From an uncultured virus (IMG/VR IMGVR_UViG_2700989659_000001) (Duplodnaviria > Heunggongvirae > Uroviricota > Caudoviricetes): a stretch of 20,000 bases of DNA. Shown here piece after piece: positions 7,739 through 15,884 of the stretch; positions within the stretch are counted from its first letter, which is position 1; each line of letters starts with the position of its first letter. The notes beneath the pieces were generated by a model. The model worked only from the letters and a program-made list of their open reading frames with translations. It was not told where the DNA came from and searched no databases. The position numbers and the translations under genes are program-made. The stretch lies in IMG/VR virus record IMGVR_UViG_2700989659_000001. The stretch is one strand, 5' to 3'.

Positions 7739-8755
7739 TTATTTTCTTATTATTGGTAATACTAAATCTTTCTTATTTTCATAATCAGTTATGGTGATTG
7801 GGCTTGCTACATTACTCATGCACAATGTTGCATCTCCCTTATAGTTTCTTAAGGTCTCGAGCATGTATTTAGCATTTACTGCTATATCTAAATCACTTCC
7901 ATCTATACGGCACTTGAAATATTTCTTATATCTAATTCCCTGTACTCTTGTCACTAGATATGATCCATTGCTGTTAAAATTAAAATTTACTATTTGTGAA
8001 TACGAATTTAGTTTAGTTATTTGCTTACAGATATCCGCTAATTCTAAAGCATTCAATGTTACTCTTGTAGTATCTTGATTAGGAAACAAACTTTCATAAT
8101 TTATGAATTTCAATTTATCACCTTTTTTATCTCTTGGCCTTTTGCACATTATTGATACCCAACTGAAACAAATTTTTATATAATTATCATCATGGTATAT
8201 TGTGGCTATATCATTTTTGGAAAAATTTCTAAGTAACTTTACAATCTGATAAGGTATTAATATTGGTTCGCATGTTATATTCTCTTTATTACTTCTAACA
8301 CTCATTCTGTAGCCATCTAACGCAACTATATTATTCTTATCAATATATAAACACTGAAGTGCTGGCCTAGCTTCATCTTTAGCTATTGCATACTTACATT
8401 CAACCAACTTATTAAAATTAGGTATATTGATACATTCTTCATTGTGTATATCAATGGGAATTATACTCATAGTTCCAGGATCAAGTTTTATTTCCTGATC
8501 TTCTGTTTTGATAACATTGTTCTCTATAACTAAACTTGTTTTCTTTGGTAATAATGCAAATACTTCTTGTGGTATTGCTAACTCTCCATCTTCTTTTTCA
8601 CTATTGTAAGGCTCTATTATTTCAACCTGGTATTCATTTAATTCTGATTCTGCTAATAGCTTGATTGAACCACCCTTTACAATCACTTGATATTTACCAT
8701 CTTTAACAAGCTTAGATAATAGCAATAATGATTCACTATTTACTATTGCTTTCAT
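7739..8755 (-). CDS. Phage-encoded DNA polymerase III beta sliding clamp (DnaN-like)
   Basis: ARPALQCLYI...VALDGYRMS, FINYESLFP, IAVNAKYMLETLR and terminal LVLPI motifs; ATG 8755 after GGAGG/GGAG. Confidence 0.85.
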   Translation of the reverse strand: MKAIVNSESLLLLSKLVKDGKYQVIVKGGSIKLLAESELNEYQVEIIEPYNSEKEDGELAIPQEVFALLPKKTSLVIENNVIKTEDQEIKLDPGTMSIIPIDIHNEECINIPNFNKLVECKYAIAKDEARPALQCLYIDKNNIVALDGYRMSVRSNKENITCEPILIPYQIVKLLRNFSKNDIATIYHDDNYIKICFSWVSIMCKRPRDKKGDKLKFINYESLFPNQDTTRVTLNALELADICKQITKLNSYSQIVNFNFNSNGSYLVTRVQGIRYKKYFKCRIDGSDLDIAVNAKYMLETLRNYKGDATLCMSNVASPITITDYENKKDLVLPIIRK

Positions 8756-8777
8756 TCTCCAACCTCCGAAATTCAAT

Positions 8778-9179
8778 TTATATATCTAGCTCTAAAATTT
8801 CATCCTCTGTGACCTTCTTATCCGCCATACATTTGATAATCACATCTTCTCTAGCATATTTACCGTTATGCATTATCAAACTGCTCAATAGCCTATCTAG
8901 TGGCTTGTTCTTAATCTCTAGAATCTCTTTTATTTCTTCTCTTGTTAGATATTCTTTTAAAAAATGTGTTTCTAAGTAGTTCTGGAATTGAAGTTTGTAC
9001 TTAAGATACAATCTCCTGTTAAAATGAACTCCTGTTTTATGATCTCTATGGTGTGCATAACAAAGATATACAAAGTTATGCTTACAATCCTCTAAAGGTT
9101 TAAGCTGCTTTCGTGAAATTATATGGTGTAATTCTACTCCATAGCTTGTACCACATTCATTACAATACTTTTCACTCAT
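8778..9179 (-). CDS. HNH-like (beta-beta-alpha-Me) nuclease-family protein
   Basis: CNECG...ELHHII...NFVYLCYAHHR...GVH. Confidence 0.7.
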   Translation of the reverse strand: MSEKYCNECGTSYGVELHHIISRKQLKPLEDCKHNFVYLCYAHHRDHKTGVHFNRRLYLKYKLQFQNYLETHFLKEYLTREEIKEILEIKNKPLDRLLSSLIMHNGKYAREDVIIKCMADKKVTEDEILELDI

Positions 9180-9730
9180 ACTCTCACCTTCTCACAGTCC
9201 ATAAAGACTAATCGTATCTTTTTAGAGATTTCTCTTTTTATTCTTGATACTTGATTTTGAGATGTATTTATCATTTTAGCTATCTCTTTTTGAGTACAAT
9301 CATTTACGAAATACAAATTAAATACTTGTTTTTCTCTTGTATTAAGTTTTTCTATAGCTTCCCTTAGATTTGCCCCTGTAATGAAATCATCCTCAAAGCT
9401 GTTTATTCCAATCCGGCCCTCTAAATTTCCACAATCATATTCAGCTTCATAGGATAAGAACTTATATTTATGAGGAACACCTCTATTTTCATTAAACTGT
9501 TTATCACGAGATATAAAATTCAGTAATGCACCTCTTACTGATGGAATAGCATACGAAGAAAATTTAATGTCCTTAGTTTCATCAAAGCTCTTTCCTGCTT
9601 TTACTAATGCTAAATATGCAACTTGAACTACGTCTTGAAATTCATATTTCCAATTTATTTTAGGATATATTCTCTTAGCTTCTGTGTAAGCTAACCCCAT
9701 GTGCTCTGTTATATCAATCATCTTCATCAC
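9176..9730 (-). CDS. Sigma-70 family (SigF/SigG-like) sigma factor
   Basis: QDVVQVAYLALVKAGKSFD...KFSSYAIPSVRGAL; LNTREKQVFNLYFVNDCTQKEIAKMINTSQNQVSRI. Confidence 0.9.
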   Translation of the reverse strand: MMKMIDITEHMGLAYTEAKRIYPKINWKYEFQDVVQVAYLALVKAGKSFDETKDIKFSSYAIPSVRGALLNFISRDKQFNENRGVPHKYKFLSYEAEYDCGNLEGRIGINSFEDDFITGANLREAIEKLNTREKQVFNLYFVNDCTQKEIAKMINTSQNQVSRIKREISKKIRLVFMDCEKVRV

Positions 9731-9881
9731 CTCTTACATTCTTAATAATTTGGTTAGGTCCATCTAATCTATTACTTTGAGCTTGTCTTAATGCTGCTTC
9801 TATAGTTAATACTCCAGTTGGATCATTAAGCTTAATTTCTGCTGTCTCTTTTGCTATTTCAAGCTTTTTCTTATCTAACAT
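9714..9881 (-). CDS. Small hypothetical protein (55 aa; absent from ORF track)
   Basis: AAGGAG SD; MLDKKKLEIAKETAEIKLNDPTGVLTIEAALRQAQ...; overlaps both neighbours, filling the operon gap. Confidence 0.65.
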   Translation of the reverse strand: MLDKKKLEIAKETAEIKLNDPTGVLTIEAALRQAQSNRLDGPNQIIKNVRGDEDD

Positions 9882-10624
9882 GTATCGTTATCTCCTTCTT
9901 CAATAGTCTCAACAATCGCATTTTTTCCAGTTAAAATTGAGATAACTTTTAAATATCCGCCATTTTCAATAGCAGTTCTTTTTACAGGTTCCTTTACCTT
10001 AAGAGTTAGTAATTGCTCATTTTCTTCTATCACAGAATCTTCAAACCACATTTGATACGTTATTTTTCCAAACTGATTAAATATAGCCTCATGAATCGGA
10101 GTAGGGAAAGAGAATTCATAAGTTGTTTTTTCTAATTCTCTATCATTGTTTTCATTATTTATATTCTTATCATTCTTGTTAGTTGTTACCTCTTTGTTAC
10201 CTGTTTGTTGGCTGTTTGTTACCTCTTTGTTAGTGCTTTGTTGGTCGTTTGTTAGTTCTTTGTTAGGTTGTTTGTTACCTTCGTCTTTCGAACCTTGGTA
10301 ACTCCCCCAATTTACTATAGTTATAAGCCTTCCTGTCTTTGTTACCTCTTGTGTTAAAAATTCGTATTTTTCGAATTTTGTTAATGCACTTCTAACGTTT
10401 TGTATAGAAATTCCTTTGCCAGACTTCTCACAAATGCTCTCAAGTGAAGTTACTAACATACCTGGTTCAGCTCTAAATTGTTTCCCCTTCCACTCCCATT
10501 CTCTTCCAGAGTGATTGGCTATTCCTAGAAGGGTGATAAGAATAACTTTTTGCTCTGGAGTTGAATTTAGCCAGATAGCTTTCTTAAATAATTGTCTATG
10601 AAGTTTGAACCACCCTTCTTCCAT
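9875..10624 (-). CDS. Phage replication initiator with C-terminal DnaA-domain-I-like region
   Basis: MEEGWFKLHR...GRLITIVNWGSYQ winged-helix N-terminus, repeat-rich linker, FGKITYQMWFEDSVI...LTLKV C-terminus. Confidence 0.8.
   Translation of the reverse strand: MEEGWFKLHRQLFKKAIWLNSTPEQKVILITLLGIANHSGREWEWKGKQFRAEPGMLVTSLESICEKSGKGISIQNVRSALTKFEKYEFLTQEVTKTGRLITIVNWGSYQGSKDEGNKQPNKELTNDQQSTNKEVTNSQQTGNKEVTTNKNDKNINNENNDRELEKTTYEFSFPTPIHEAIFNQFGKITYQMWFEDSVIEENEQLLTLKVKEPVKRTAIENGGYLKVISILTGKNAIVETIEEGDNDTC
10182..10279. repeat. Iteron array, probable phage replication origin
   Basis: TTTGTT at 10193, 10204, 10215, 10226, 10237, 10248, 10259 (exact 11-bp period) and 10271, degenerate copy at 10182; AT-rich tract at 10141-10176; inside the initiator gene. 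Confidence 0.8.
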
Positions 10625-10635
10625 TTAATCAACTC

Positions 10636-11538
10636 CTAATTCTGTACTTTGCCTTGGTCATTAACTGTATAAGTAAAGCCACCATTTTTTAGTAATCCAG
10701 TTAGCTTTCTCATGTTTTCAAAATTGGCCACTACCTTTAAGTCATAAAAGTATAGTTGTTCATTTTTAACCTCTTTTGACTCTGCAGATTTAATCTCACT
10801 TACTGTAGCTACCGGATTATTTATTGGTTCCTGTTTTATTTCTTGAGATACTTCAATATTTTTAGGTTTCTCTGCCTCTCTTATCATTGCAGCTCTTTTA
10901 TTAATTTCTTGAATTATCTTTACTGCTGGATAATTCATATCAATTAAATTTTGAAAATCTTTAAGATTTAAAGGTGTATTTATAGTTTCGTTTGCAGTCT
11001 TTATGGTTCCTTGAAGAACTTGCAACATGCTAAGCTCTCTATCCTGCTCTTGATCTAGCATTAAAGCTCTTTGTTCTATATCCTCCTTAATGCTCTTAAG
11101 GCTTCCAGTAAGGGTTAAATATTTATCTAATACATTTAACTTCTTAGCATACTTCTCACTTAAATTATGAGTCTGTACACTTTCTGCAATGTACTCTAAT
11201 GCTTTGACTCTCTTTTCTTCCCTACGCTTATTGTCAAATATTGAAATTCCTTCTTTGATTGGATTTTCCACCTCAATAATTAACTTTTTAAGTTCCTTGC
11301 AATTACATTCAAACGTAGTAACTGGAACTAAAATTTCTTTTTTAATTGTCTTCCTGTAGATATCTATTTTATTTCTAAGACCTGCCAATTCTTTCTGAGT
11401 AGCTTTACAATCCTTTAGGCTTTCTTCTATTACTACAATTCCCTTATACTTTTCCATTGAAACTATTAAAGATTGTTTTACTTCCTCAAAGTTAGTTTTT
11501 ATTATTGGCAACTCTTTATTAACTTCTAAATCTTTCAT
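10636..11538 (-). CDS. DUF1351-like coiled-coil phage protein
   Basis: NFEEVKQ...YKGIVV.EESLKDCK...AGLRNK...RKTIKKE...P...FE pattern; adjacent to the ERF gene as usual. Confidence 0.75.
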   Translation of the reverse strand: MKDLEVNKELPIIKTNFEEVKQSLIVSMEKYKGIVVIEESLKDCKATQKELAGLRNKIDIYRKTIKKEILVPVTTFECNCKELKKLIIEVENPIKEGISIFDNKRREEKRVKALEYIAESVQTHNLSEKYAKKLNVLDKYLTLTGSLKSIKEDIEQRALMLDQEQDRELSMLQVLQGTIKTANETINTPLNLKDFQNLIDMNYPAVKIIQEINKRAAMIREAEKPKNIEVSQEIKQEPINNPVATVSEIKSAESKEVKNEQLYFYDLKVVANFENMRKLTGLLKNGGFTYTVNDQGKVQN

Positions 11539-11550
11539 ATCACTACACTC

Positions 11551-12207
11551 CTATAAACTTAATTCTTCTGGAATACCATTTTGTTTCTTTTCTGCTTTTT
11601 CTTTTTCAATCTGCTTTTGCTTATCTCTCAATTTTTTCATACAAATAGCTAAGTTTTTATTTTTTATATCTTCAACTTTACTTGCATTCAGTTCTTCCAA
11701 AAATTCGGCTTCATTTATCCCAGTTTCTTTAATAAGTTTTTTAATAACTGTTATGGCTGCCTTATCTATTTTTATATCTCCTTCATTAAGTGGAGCTTTA
11801 TCAAGTCCTAAACCTTCAATTGTATCTGCGTCACTTATTTCGAATGCATCAAAATATAAATATCTTTTTACTTGTGTCCTAGTTCCTCCTAAATTCTGCA
11901 TTTCATTAAGTTCAGGAACTGAAGATATTTCAACCGGAAAATCAAAAGGTATTTTACTTTTAGGATCATCATTGTCTATAATATCTAAAAACGCTTTGTC
12001 TCTAGTAAATCTAAATTTAGTAGTTATTCCTTTTTGATGGCATAGAATTGTAACATGTGGTAAAAAATCTTCTAATTGAAAATATTCATATTTTAAGGAT
12101 CCGTTAGAATTAAACACTTTTCCACTTTTAGTAAGCTTTTTTTTAGTTAATTCCTGTCTAACTTCATCTAATTTTTTGTATATATTTAAACTAACTTTTT
12201 CACTCAT
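11551..12207 (-). CDS. ERF-family single-strand annealing recombinase
   Basis: NIYKKL...KSG...YEYFQLEDFLP and QNLGGTRTQVKRYLY...FEISD (variant of the ERF GS.xTY.+RY motif). Confidence 0.8.
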   Translation of the reverse strand: MSEKVSLNIYKKLDEVRQELTKKKLTKSGKVFNSNGSLKYEYFQLEDFLPHVTILCHQKGITTKFRFTRDKAFLDIIDNDDPKSKIPFDFPVEISSVPELNEMQNLGGTRTQVKRYLYFDAFEISDADTIEGLGLDKAPLNEGDIKIDKAAITVIKKLIKETGINEAEFLEELNASKVEDIKNKNLAICMKKLRDKQKQIEKEKAEKKQNGIPEELSL

Positions 12208-12219
12208 TTAATACCCTCC

Positions 12220-12423
12220 CTATTTCTCTATATATGATGCACTATAGTCATGAACTTCAATAGAAGTTAAAATCATACTATGAAGCTCATCATAATTATT
12301 TCTTAATTCCTCAGCAAGCTCACTATCTGGTAAAGCATTCACTATATCATTTATAAGTGAACTTACTGTAGCTGCTTTCTGTTCAAATTGCCTAAGGTTC
12401 ACTTTCAATTTGCATTCCTCCAC
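12220..12423 (-). CDS. Hypothetical protein (67 aa)
   Basis: ORF in early operon, immediately upstream of erf. Confidence 0.6.
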   Translation of the reverse strand: MEECKLKVNLRQFEQKAATVSSLINDIVNALPDSELAEELRNNYDELHSMILTSIEVHDYSASYIEK

Positions 12424-12437
12424 TTCTGTGTTATAAT
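12410..12437 (+). promoter_or_regulatory. sigmaA-type promoter, antisense to the early operon
   Basis: TTGCAT(12410-12415)-N16-TATAAT(12432-12437) with extended -10 TGn. Confidence 0.65.
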
Positions 12438-12443
12438 TTAGTT

Positions 12444-12500
12444 GATTTATTTACTATGCTGCTTTGGACCACTTTGGTCGGTGTCCTCAGTAGCTTTTTT
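12444..12500 (+). ncRNA. Predicted ~57-nt antisense small RNA
   Basis: Promoter directly followed by hairpin GCTGCT..GGAC-(CACTTTGGTCGGT)-GTCC..AGTAGC and T6. Confidence 0.5.
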
Positions 12501-12599
12501 ATTTATCCCCCTACACCATGGACATTTATATCCATCCTTAGGTACTTGAGCTTTTATGCTTATATTCCAGACCAATCCACATTTACACCTAGCAACCAT
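12447..12599 (-). CDS. Small zinc-ribbon protein (50 aa; absent from ORF track)
   Basis: MVARCKCGLVWNISIKAQVPKDGYKCPWCRG...; CxC...CPxC; AAAGGATGA SD; overlaps upstream stop. Confidence 0.65.
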   Translation of the reverse strand: MVARCKCGLVWNISIKAQVPKDGYKCPWCRGINKKATEDTDQSGPKQHSK

Positions 12600-12792
12600 A
12601 AATCATCATCCTTTGCTTATGGGCTATTAACGGGTCTAGCTTTTGACTTAATTTAACTGTTTCATCTGCTGTAAGATTGGGATTATTATCAATGCTTGTC
12701 TCCATTTCTGCCTTAGCTTTTTCTATTGCCCGGTCAAGCTCTTCCATAGTTTCTTCTTTCGTTCCATTACAATAGATCATAAAACCTTGCAT
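12589..12792 (-). CDS. Spo0E-like aspartyl-phosphate phosphatase family protein
   Basis: IEKAKAEM...LTADETVKLSQKLDPLI matches the Spo0E two-helix fold and SQELD signature; AGGAGG SD. Confidence 0.7.
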   Translation of the reverse strand: MQGFMIYCNGTKEETMEELDRAIEKAKAEMETSIDNNPNLTADETVKLSQKLDPLIAHKQRMMIYGC

Positions 12793-12947
12793 TTTAAATC
12801 CTCCTGTATTTCTGATTCACTAAATTTGTTTTGCTGATAATTAAGCGAATCTAAATTTCTACAAATATACTTATCTTCGTATTGGTCGTATATTTCAACT
12901 TCCCAATTTTCTCCTTTGTGATTGAATACTGTTCCTGATTCAATCAA
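12777..12947 (-). CDS. Small hypothetical protein (56 aa; absent from ORF track)
   Basis: AGGAGG-N8-TTG; MIESGTVFNHKGENWEVEIYDQYEDKYICRNLDS... Confidence 0.65.
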   Translation of the reverse strand: MIESGTVFNHKGENWEVEIYDQYEDKYICRNLDSLNYQQNKFSESEIQEDLKCKVL

Positions 12948-13013
12948 GTTTAATTCCTCCTTTTACTTTTTCTTTCAACATATGGTAGAATATTGTTGAA
13001 AGGGGGTATTTTT

Positions 13014-13463
13014 ATGTCTAATTTTTTATGGAATTTAAATATTGAAGTTATATCATGTGGTTGGGAATCCGTTTATCAATCTGCATTAAAAGAATGTCCT
13101 AATGGTAAGATTGAAGAAATAATCCTTTCAGATTCTTCCGGAATTCATACTGAAAAATGTATTTATGATCCTATCAAATGTAGAAAGCTAATCATAGAAA
13201 CATTTAATTCTTTAAAATCTAAAGCAATTGAACTATACGTTAATAGATTTAATGAGGATTTTAAAGAGTGTTGTAATAAATTAATCCATATAGATATTAC
13301 ATTGTACAATCTATTAAGAGAATGGACTTATACAAATGATGTTTTCAGTAATGATGATTTCCAACCGGAAAATATTATAAAAATTATTGATAATAATCAG
13401 ACTGATTCATATTTTGAAAATTGTGATTCGAAATTTGATTCGTTGAAATTTATTAATCTTTAA
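13014..13463 (+). CDS. Hypothetical moron protein (about 149 aa)
   Basis: AGGGGGT SD before ATG 13014; TTTACT-N18-TAGAAT extended -10 promoter at 12962-12991; antisense to the early operon. Confidence 0.75.
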   Translation: MSNFLWNLNIEVISCGWESVYQSALKECPNGKIEEIILSDSSGIHTEKCIYDPIKCRKLIIETFNSLKSKAIELYVNRFNEDFKECCNKLIHIDITLYNLLREWTYTNDVFSNDDFQPENIIKIIDNNQTDSYFENCDSKFDSLKFINL

Positions 13464-14040
13464 TCATTATTTTTGGATTTACTATATACCCATTAATAAA
13501 CTTAAATAATTTATCAGTGTTTATATTGGTACTTCCACCTTTTCTTAAATTTTTAACCTCTTGAATTGAAATTCCCAGTTGTTCGGAGATTAAATTAAGT
13601 CCATTGTTCCGAACTGCATTATCTAGAATAATTTTCAAAAAATTATCTGAGCTTTCAAATTTATGATTTTGAAGATTGTTCCAAATTAATTCTTCTGGCT
13701 GCTCTTGAACTGGTACTTCTTGAGCAGTTCTTACTGGAATCCCTATCTCATCTCTAACCAATCTAATTTGACTATCTGTAATAATTACTGCACAATGCGG
13801 GTCCTGATTTTTCTTAAGATAATTAGCTACTGGTGTACAAGCTTCTTCTAGTAATCTCATTTCATATTCCTTCTTAGAAATACTAGGTTCAAATCCACAA
13901 TCTTTATGGTCGGTTAATTCCAATACCTTCTTAATAATCCTTATACTATCATCCACATATGATTCAACCTGGTCGTTTTCAGTTATATCTATACATCTAA
14001 GATTTACGAGAACCTCTTCTAATGCTTTTTTATAGCTCAT
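13453..14040 (-). CDS. Hypothetical phage protein with C-terminal HTH-like segment
   Basis: AGGAGG SD; LNLISEQLGISIQEVKNLRKG near the C-terminus. Confidence 0.65.
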   Translation of the reverse strand: MSYKKALEEVLVNLRCIDITENDQVESYVDDSIRIIKKVLELTDHKDCGFEPSISKKEYEMRLLEEACTPVANYLKKNQDPHCAVIITDSQIRLVRDEIGIPVRTAQEVPVQEQPEELIWNNLQNHKFESSDNFLKIILDNAVRNNGLNLISEQLGISIQEVKNLRKGGSTNINTDKLFKFINGYIVNPKIMIKD

Positions 14041-14076
14041 TTTTGTGTTCCTCCTACAATATTTTTGTTATGTTAA

Positions 14077-14778
14077 TTAGCTTGGACTATTACATCCTTT
14101 AATCATTAACTCCAATTCTCGATTTGGCTTCCAATTAATTATTGTTTGTTTACCTAAGTCAAAATCTTTTATAGCAGTATCCTTATAAGACGCTACATTA
14201 AGTGAAGCCTCATAGTCGTTCCAGCATTGTCTAAAAGCTTTCTTCCCTAGTTCTTTATAGGCCGGAGCTTCTTTACCTCCTAAAATAGCTATGACTTTAC
14301 TATTAACTAAGTCACATAAAACTTTTTGCTTTCCAGTTTCGATTGTCATTCTCTCTTCTATAACTGTTACCCTATTATCTAATTCAACCGTTCTTTCATC
14401 TATCGCAAATATTGCCTGAAGTTCCTTAGATAGTTTAGGCATTTGTACCTTAGGCTTAAAATAGCTTTCTTCTAACGTCTCATATACTTCCCAGGCTTCA
14501 TCCGTATCAAGAATTTTTGCATGCCTTGCTGCTCCTCTATCTGTCCAAAGTATTAATTCACTAGCAAATTTAAGGTTACCTTCTAAATGAAGGTTGGCTT
14601 TAAACTCTTTTAATTCATCACCTGTTAATCTGTAATAATGTTTCCCTTTTGTAAATCTTCCTTCATTTCTTTTGAAATTTTGTTGAATTATTTTATCATC
14701 AGTTCCAAACTCATCAGCTAAAACTTTAGTTAAAATAATTCTTTGATTTTTAAATTCTAATGGCATTAATTTATTCAT
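14077..14778 (-). CDS. ORF6N/ORF6C-domain antirepressor-like protein
   Basis: QRIILTKVLADEFG...NFKRN..RF..GKHYY.L.G.ELKEFK...LWTDRGAARHAKILDTDEAW; C-terminal LNVASYKD...IINWKP. Confidence 0.85.
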   Translation of the reverse strand: MNKLMPLEFKNQRIILTKVLADEFGTDDKIIQQNFKRNEGRFTKGKHYYRLTGDELKEFKANLHLEGNLKFASELILWTDRGAARHAKILDTDEAWEVYETLEESYFKPKVQMPKLSKELQAIFAIDERTVELDNRVTVIEERMTIETGKQKVLCDLVNSKVIAILGGKEAPAYKELGKKAFRQCWNDYEASLNVASYKDTAIKDFDLGKQTIINWKPNRELELMIKGCNSPS

Positions 14779-14844
14779 AGATTGTCCTCCTCTTCTATTT
14801 AATAAAGGTTTTTACATTATTTTGTAGAATATACCACTTGAAAG

Positions 14845-15237
14845 GTGGTGATACCTATGCATCTAAATATTGATTGTGTTCGCGATATACTTCTAACAGT
14901 TGAAAATAATGAATTTGGCAATCATTTTAAACTAACTAAATTGTGTGAAAAAATTCCTAACTATACTCAAGATGAAATTCATTATGCCTGTCTTAAGTTA
15001 TACGAAGGTGAATATCTCGATTTGAATACACTAAATATAATTGATCAAACCATGCCTACTATTAAATCAATTAATGATTTAACGTTCCAAGGTCATGAAT
15101 TTTTAGAAAATATTAAAAGCACTTCAAATTGGGATAAAGTTAAAAATGGTTGCAAAACAGTTGGTTCTTTTTCTCTTCCTGTTATACGAACTATTGCTAC
15201 ACAACTAATAACCGAAGCTATTAAGAAAGTTTTTTAA
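14845..15237 (+). CDS. DUF2513-like winged-helix protein (likely start 14857)
   Basis: LNIDCVRDILL...EIHYACLKL.EGEYL...DLTFQGHEFLENIK...WDKVK. Confidence 0.8.
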   Translation: MVIPMHLNIDCVRDILLTVENNEFGNHFKLTKLCEKIPNYTQDEIHYACLKLYEGEYLDLNTLNIIDQTMPTIKSINDLTFQGHEFLENIKSTSNWDKVKNGCKTVGSFSLPVIRTIATQLITEAIKKVF

Positions 15238-15436
15238 ATTTCAATTTTAACTTAAAGCTATTAAATGAGTTTTCAGCACACCATTTGATAGCTTTCTTAA
15301 TTTCGTCGTCTGTAGGTGCTTTCATATTATTCTCTTCCATATAACGAATCATTCCAGCTAGTCCATAAAAATACGATATCCATTTAACCACTGCCAATAT
15401 AGCTACTGCTAATGTTATTGAAAGTAATATAATCAT
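15221..15436 (-). CDS. Small membrane-anchored hypothetical protein (71 aa)
   Basis: N-terminal hydrophobic helix; AAGGAGG SD. Confidence 0.65.
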   Translation of the reverse strand: MIILLSITLAVAILAVVKWISYFYGLAGMIRYMEENNMKAPTDDEIKKAIKWCAENSFNSFKLKLKFKKLS

Positions 15437-15691
15437 TCATTTTCCTCCTTAAATTTATTTTTCCATTTACTCTTAGCTGAAAATTACTGAATGTAATTGC
15501 TTTGAGTTATAAGATATGTTAAATAAGATTTGTTATGTTCCTCTGCTATTTTTTCTAGTGATAAATAAAATATATCTCCACGATACTAATATTTAATTTG
15601 TCTTATATAATAAATTAGGAGAGTGTTTTCATTTTTCAGATAAAAAGTTTTTTGTAAAAGGCAGCTCTGCCCTATCTTCATAAGTAAGTAA

Positions 15692-15856
15692 TCAAACCTC
15701 GATATACCGTAAAATTTCACTAACTGCATCTAACTTACCAGCCCAATATTGATAATCAGAACCTTCCTTAATGCATTTACTCATATTTGTACAAAATAAA
15801 TTCTGTTGATATAATAGCCAGTCTTTTAGTTCCTTAATGTCGTCTATTTGAATCAC
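15692..15856 (-). CDS. Small hypothetical protein (about 54 aa; absent from ORF track)
   Basis: GTG ATT CAA ATA GAC...: IDDIKELKDWLLYQQNLF...YQYWAGKLDAVSEILRYIEV*; start uncertain. Confidence 0.5.
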   Translation of the reverse strand: MIQIDDIKELKDWLLYQQNLFCTNMSKCIKEGSDYQYWAGKLDAVSEILRYIEV

Positions 15857-15884
15857 CTCTTTCCTAAAATGTTGATAAAAATCT

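Noticed and set aside
10182..10279. Repeat array as CRISPR or VNTR
   Set aside because: Units are 11 bp with no unique spacers, lie inside the initiator gene and no cas genes are present; iterons fit better
7863..12656. Plus-strand ORFs 7863..8078, 8728..8979, 11753..12037 and 12456..12656
   Set aside because: Shadow frames opposite the clamp, HNH, ERF and Zn-ribbon genes; 12456..12656 also runs through a terminator
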